A stretch of 64,000 nt of DNA from Candidatus Latescibacterota bacterium. GTDB taxonomy: Bacteria; Krumholzibacteriota; Krumholzibacteriia; WVZY01; JAKEHA01. The stretch's first letter is position 1. The number at the start of each line of letters is the position of its first letter. The stretch spans positions 1,568,001 through 1,632,000 of the forward strand of contig OY970173.1 of assembly GCA_963707635.1 (NCBI GenBank). The letters are read 5' to 3'. The position numbers and the translations under genes were made by a program. A model generated the notes under the pieces. It was not told where the DNA came from, did no database searches, and saw only the letters and a program-made list of their open reading frames with translations. Of the stretch, positions 60,625 to 64,000 are shown in pieces.

Positions 60625-60993
60625 ATGCGATTGCAGATGAGCGCGGCGTTGATCGTCATCGCGCTGGGAGCCTCGAATGCTTCCGCCGGACGGCTCTTCG
60701 GCGACGTGAAGGTCAGCGGCAAGCCGGCGGCGGAAGGCATGCTGATCACGGTGCAGGCTGCCCCCAAGCCGGCGGCGGAGAAGGAAAAGGTCGCGGCTGC
60801 GCCGGTGGACTCGGTGAAGACCGACAAGGTGGGCTCTTATAAGGTCATGGTGAAGAACGAGGGGAAGTACAATCTCACGGTGCACCTGGGGAAGCAGATA
60901 GCGGTGCTCGAGGTGTTCTCGTACAAGGAGCCCACGCGCTACGACCTGGTGGTCGAGGAGAAGGACGGCAAACTCACGGTACGGCGGAAGTGA
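60625..60993 (+). CDS. Small secreted beta-sandwich-like hypothetical protein
   Basis: GGAGGT RBS, signal peptide, G.V.V.GKP and KTD..GSY motifs. Confidence 0.7.
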   Translation: MRLQMSAALIVIALGASNASAGRLFGDVKVSGKPAAEGMLITVQAAPKPAAEKEKVAAAPVDSVKTDKVGSYKVMVKNEGKYNLTVHLGKQIAVLEVFSYKEPTRYDLVVEEKDGKLTVRRK

Positions 60994-61003
60994 GTCCGGC
61001 CCC

Positions 61004-61897
61004 ATGACCGAAGAGGGCAAGCACAAGGATACCTGGGACAAGGTACAGATCATCCTCGCGCCGATGGGCGGGTTGCTGACGGCGCTCGCGATCGCGATGT
61101 TCGGGTTCATTACCTCGAACAAGCTGGATCAACGGCAGGCGTTGGAGACCAACACCCGCCTGTACTCCGAGTTGATGAGCCGGCGCGAGGAATCGGAGAG
61201 CGCGCTTCGCAAGGACATGCTCGTGTCCATCATCGCGTCGTTCCTGAATCCCAACCGAACCGATATCAACGATGACGTCTTGAGCCTGGAGCTGCTGGCC
61301 TACAATTTCCACGAGTCCCTGAATCTCAAGCCGCTTTTTCTGGACCTGATGCGGCGGATCAAGAGCGCCGAGGCCGCGGCACCGTCCGCGGCGAAGCAGG
61401 CCGAGTATGCGGAATACACGGAGCGGCTCGAGAGCGTGGCCCGCGAGATCGCGCGCAAGCAGATGATCGTGCTCGAGGGCGTCGGCAGGCGCTTCGACCG
61501 CACCGTCGACTTGTCGGGGGATCCCGACGGCACCTCGCTCGAGACCGCGGTCATGACCCTGGATTCGGTGCAGACCAGCGTCTCTATCGACGTCGTGCAC
61601 GTGGATCGCGTCAAGCGCGAAGTCGAAGTGAGCGTCAGCATCGAAACCCCGGATCCGGAACTGGGACGGCAAAGCAAGGTCGCGAGCTTCACCGTCAGCT
61701 TCTTCGACTTTCCGATGATCGACAATCTGCGGATCGCGCACGGCCAACGCTGTGCCCTGGTGCTCACCAACTTCTCCGACCAGGCGGCCGAGCTGACCGC
61801 GGTGCTGTTTCCCGGCGCCTACGCGAGCCTGAAGGAAAAGCCCTACTACAATGAGGTGATCCAGAGCGTACTGAACGCAAGTCATGCGCAGCGCTGA
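61004..61897 (+). CDS. Membrane-anchored hypothetical protein
   Basis: KDTWDK + TM, coiled region, C-terminal FFDFPMIDN motif. Confidence 0.7.
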   Translation: MTEEGKHKDTWDKVQIILAPMGGLLTALAIAMFGFITSNKLDQRQALETNTRLYSELMSRREESESALRKDMLVSIIASFLNPNRTDINDDVLSLELLAYNFHESLNLKPLFLDLMRRIKSAEAAAPSAAKQAEYAEYTERLESVAREIARKQMIVLEGVGRRFDRTVDLSGDPDGTSLETAVMTLDSVQTSVSIDVVHVDRVKREVEVSVSIETPDPELGRQSKVASFTVSFFDFPMIDNLRIAHGQRCALVLTNFSDQAAELTAVLFPGAYASLKEKPYYNEVIQSVLNASHAQR

Positions 61898-62071
61898 ACG
61901 GAGCCGCCGCCTGTAATTCTTCTGCTTCTCCCGCCACCGGTGACGGGGATATCGGCCCGGGTTCACATCCACAAGAAAACTCGTGGGCAAGTGGCCCTGA
62001 CGCATGGTATAATCGCTCGCTAGCCTGTTACTCAGTACCCGTTAAACAGTCAAAACGAAAGGGAGACCCCT

Positions 62072-62515
62072 ATGAGAATGCGCAAACGGGTAGGAGTTAC
62101 CGTTCTCTTACTGGGTGTAATTGCGGCGACGGTCGTGGTTTTGTCGCCGGGTGAAACCAAAGATTCCAATGCACTTGCCGTCGGTTCAACCGATGTTTCG
62201 CCGGTGGGCACAAGCGCCATGCGGGCGTACATCGATCCGGAAACCGGACAGCTCACGACCGGTATCGAACCGGTCGAATCGGTGATCGAGCTCAACCCGG
62301 AGCTGGAGAACGCGTTGCGTCAGGACTCGGAGGGCCTCGTCCCCGAGTATCGTGCCAACGGCACCGTGGCCTTGAATCTCCAGGGCAGATTCCAGAGTGC
62401 CTCCGTTGTGCGCATCGGTGAGGATGGCAAGGTCATCATCTGCAGCGACAACGTGGCGGATACCCAGCAAGCCTTCACCGAAACGTCCAACCCTGGCACC
62501 CCGGAGGTGAAGTGA
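62072..62515 (+). CDS. Small exported protein with AYIDPETGQL motif (post-PEP-CTERM-1-like)
   Basis: N-terminal hydrophobic segment; RAYIDPETGQL; NGTV.LNL.GRFQ...V.I..DG. Confidence 0.65.
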   Translation: MRMRKRVGVTVLLLGVIAATVVVLSPGETKDSNALAVGSTDVSPVGTSAMRAYIDPETGQLTTGIEPVESVIELNPELENALRQDSEGLVPEYRANGTVALNLQGRFQSASVVRIGEDGKVIICSDNVADTQQAFTETSNPGTPEVK

Positions 62516-64000
62516 TGCGACGCATTCTGGTATTGGCAGTGCTTTTCGCGCTCGCAGTCGCCAGCGTCAGCAACGCTGCGACGATCACGATCCTCAACAA
62601 CGACGGTGCGGGCGAAGGGTTCAATGACCCGACTCCGGCGGTGCCGGTTGGCGGGAATCCCGGACTGACCGTGGGCCAGCAGCGGTTGAACGTGTTCCAG
62701 TACGCGGCCAACATCTGGGGCTCGCTGCTCCCGAGTGCGGTGACCATCATCGTTCGCGCCCAGTTCGATCCGCAGACCTGCAATGCGACGCAGGCCGTGC
62801 TCGGCTCGGCGGGCGCCACCCAGGTGTTCGCGAATTTCCCGGGTGCTCCGCTTGCGAATACGTGGTACAGCGTTGCGCTGGCGAACAAGCTTGCAGGCAT
62901 GGACCTCGACACGACCCTCTACGATATCAACGCAACCTTCAACAGCAACCTCAACGGACAGGTCGGCTGTCTGGGCGGGATAGGCTGGTACCTCGGCTAC
63001 GACGGCCTCGAAGGCGTCAATATCGAGCTGCTGCCGGTAGTTCTGCACGAACTCGGTCACGGCCTCGGCTTCCAGACGTTCGTGAACCGGACGACCGGCG
63101 CCGAGCTTGGACCACCCACGCTCCCGGACCGCTACGAGCGGTATATTCTGGACAATGGACTGGGACTCACGTGGGACAACATGACGCCGGCACAGCGCGT
63201 GACGTCGGCGATCGGCAACAACATCGTGTGGAACGGGCCCTGCGTTACGGCTCATTCCGTAGATTTCCTGGGCGGGACGCCTAAGCTGACGGTCAACGCC
63301 GGCGCACCGCTTCCGCCGAAGATGGACATGAACGTGGCTGCGTTCGGCCCGCAGGCGTTTTCGGTGACGGGGAATCTCGTGCTGGTGGACGACGGGGCCG
63401 CTCCCCTCACCGACGCGTGCACCCCGCTCGTCAACGGTGCGGCGATTCTCGGTAACATTGCGCTCCTGGACCGCGGCACGTGCACGTTTGTCGCCAAGGC
63501 ACTGGCTGCGCAAAATGCCGGCGCCATTGCGGTGGTCATTGCCAACAATGCGGCTGCTCCGCTGGTGCCGGGCGGTGCCGATCCATCGATTCTGATTCCG
63601 GTGGTCGGTATAACGCTGGGCGATGGCAACCTTCTCAAAGCGGCGCTGTTGAACGGGGCTGTGAACGTCACCCTCGGGCCCGACCTGACTCAACTCGCGG
63701 GTGCCGATGCTGCCAATCACGTCAAGCTCTACGCGCCTAACCCGCTCCAGAGCGGCTCGTCGACCTCGCACTGGGATGTCAGCGCCTTCCCCAACTTGCT
63801 GATGGAGCCGGCGATCAATAACAACCTGTCGAGCACTGTCGACCTGACCCTGCATCAGATGATCGACATGGGTTGGCTGGGACCGTGTGAGAACCCGGTG
63901 GCGGTCGCGATCTCTGCGTTCGACGCGAGGGTCACGGGTGCTGCGGTCACGCTCCGGGCGAAGTTCCTCTCTACCCTGGATGACGCGCAATTCGTTGTCG
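62515..64000 (+). CDS. Secreted zinc metallopeptidase with PA domain, 3'-truncated; absent from the ORF track
   Basis: TGATG overlap; MRRILVLAVLFALAVASVSNAATITILNNDGAGEGFNDPTP..VGGNPG.TVGQQR; VLHELGHGLGF; IALLDRGTCTFVAK..AQNAGA PA motif; SHWD..PNLLMEP. Confidence 0.88.
   Translation, partial: MRRILVLAVLFALAVASVSNAATITILNNDGAGEGFNDPTPAVPVGGNPGLTVGQQRLNVFQYAANIWGSLLPSAVTIIVRAQFDPQTCNATQAVLGSAGATQVFANFPGAPLANTWYSVALANKLAGMDLDTTLYDINATFNSNLNGQVGCLGGIGWYLGYDGLEGVNIELLPVVLHELGHGLGFQTFVNRTTGAELGPPTLPDRYERYILDNGLGLTWDNMTPAQRVTSAIGNNIVWNGPCVTAHSVDFLGGTPKLTVNAGAPLPPKMDMNVAAFGPQAFSVTGNLVLVDDGAAPLTDACTPLVNGAAILGNIALLDRGTCTFVAKALAAQNAGAIAVVIANNAAAPLVPGGADPSILIPVVGITLGDGNLLKAALLNGAVNVTLGPDLTQLAGADAANHVKLYAPNPLQSGSSTSHWDVSAFPNLLMEPAINNNLSSTVDLTLHQMIDMGWLGPCENPVAVAISAFDARVTGAAVTLRAKFLSTLDDAQFVV

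Noticed and set aside
60438..61783. Diversity-generating retroelement template/variable repeat pair
   Set aside because: Mismatches are not adenine-specific on either strand, three of five are synonymous, and no reverse transcriptase is in the window.

Overview
GC-rich bacterial chromosome segment, probably an FCB-group candidate phylum such as Krumholzibacteriota, Latescibacterota or Eisenbacteria (inferred from the many secreted proteins with an FlgD-Ig-like / T9SS-type-A-like C-terminal tail). 1-34.2 kb is mostly + strand housekeeping: EF-G paralog, yebC-ruvCAB-queA-(AsmA)-tgt-yajC-def-fmt-PASTA-rpe, ffh-rpsP-khpA-rimM-trmD-rplS-rnhB-yraN, an orphan PilB/GspE ATPase, amidohydrolase, lysine 6-aminotransferase, ABC ATPase, methyltransferase, TonB-like/ExbB/ExbD, lipoprotein, beta-barrel, TPR, mnmA and a gluzincin. 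34.2-44 kb is a signalling block: pilT, GAF protein, atypical NarL regulator, tRNA-Ser/Ser/Arg, a putative sigma54-driven cupredoxin-kinase-barrel trio and a PAS/HD-GYP protein. From tRNA-Thr(CGT) at 44062 onward is an accessory region. It has two downstream copies of the tRNA 3' end (att-like, 46472 and 55259), no integrase, and a series of modular secreted beta-propeller and peptidase genes sharing one C-terminal tail. Signs of module shuffling are a 776-bp near-identical internal block in two otherwise diverged paralogs, a stranded tail fragment and a duplicated gene fragment. An ~84-nt covarying hairpin occurs twice in intergenic DNA (10264, 20953). Six single-base frameshifts, two of them in the essential ffh, are most likely sequencing errors. 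All calls come from motif recognition by eye; no database searches were run.
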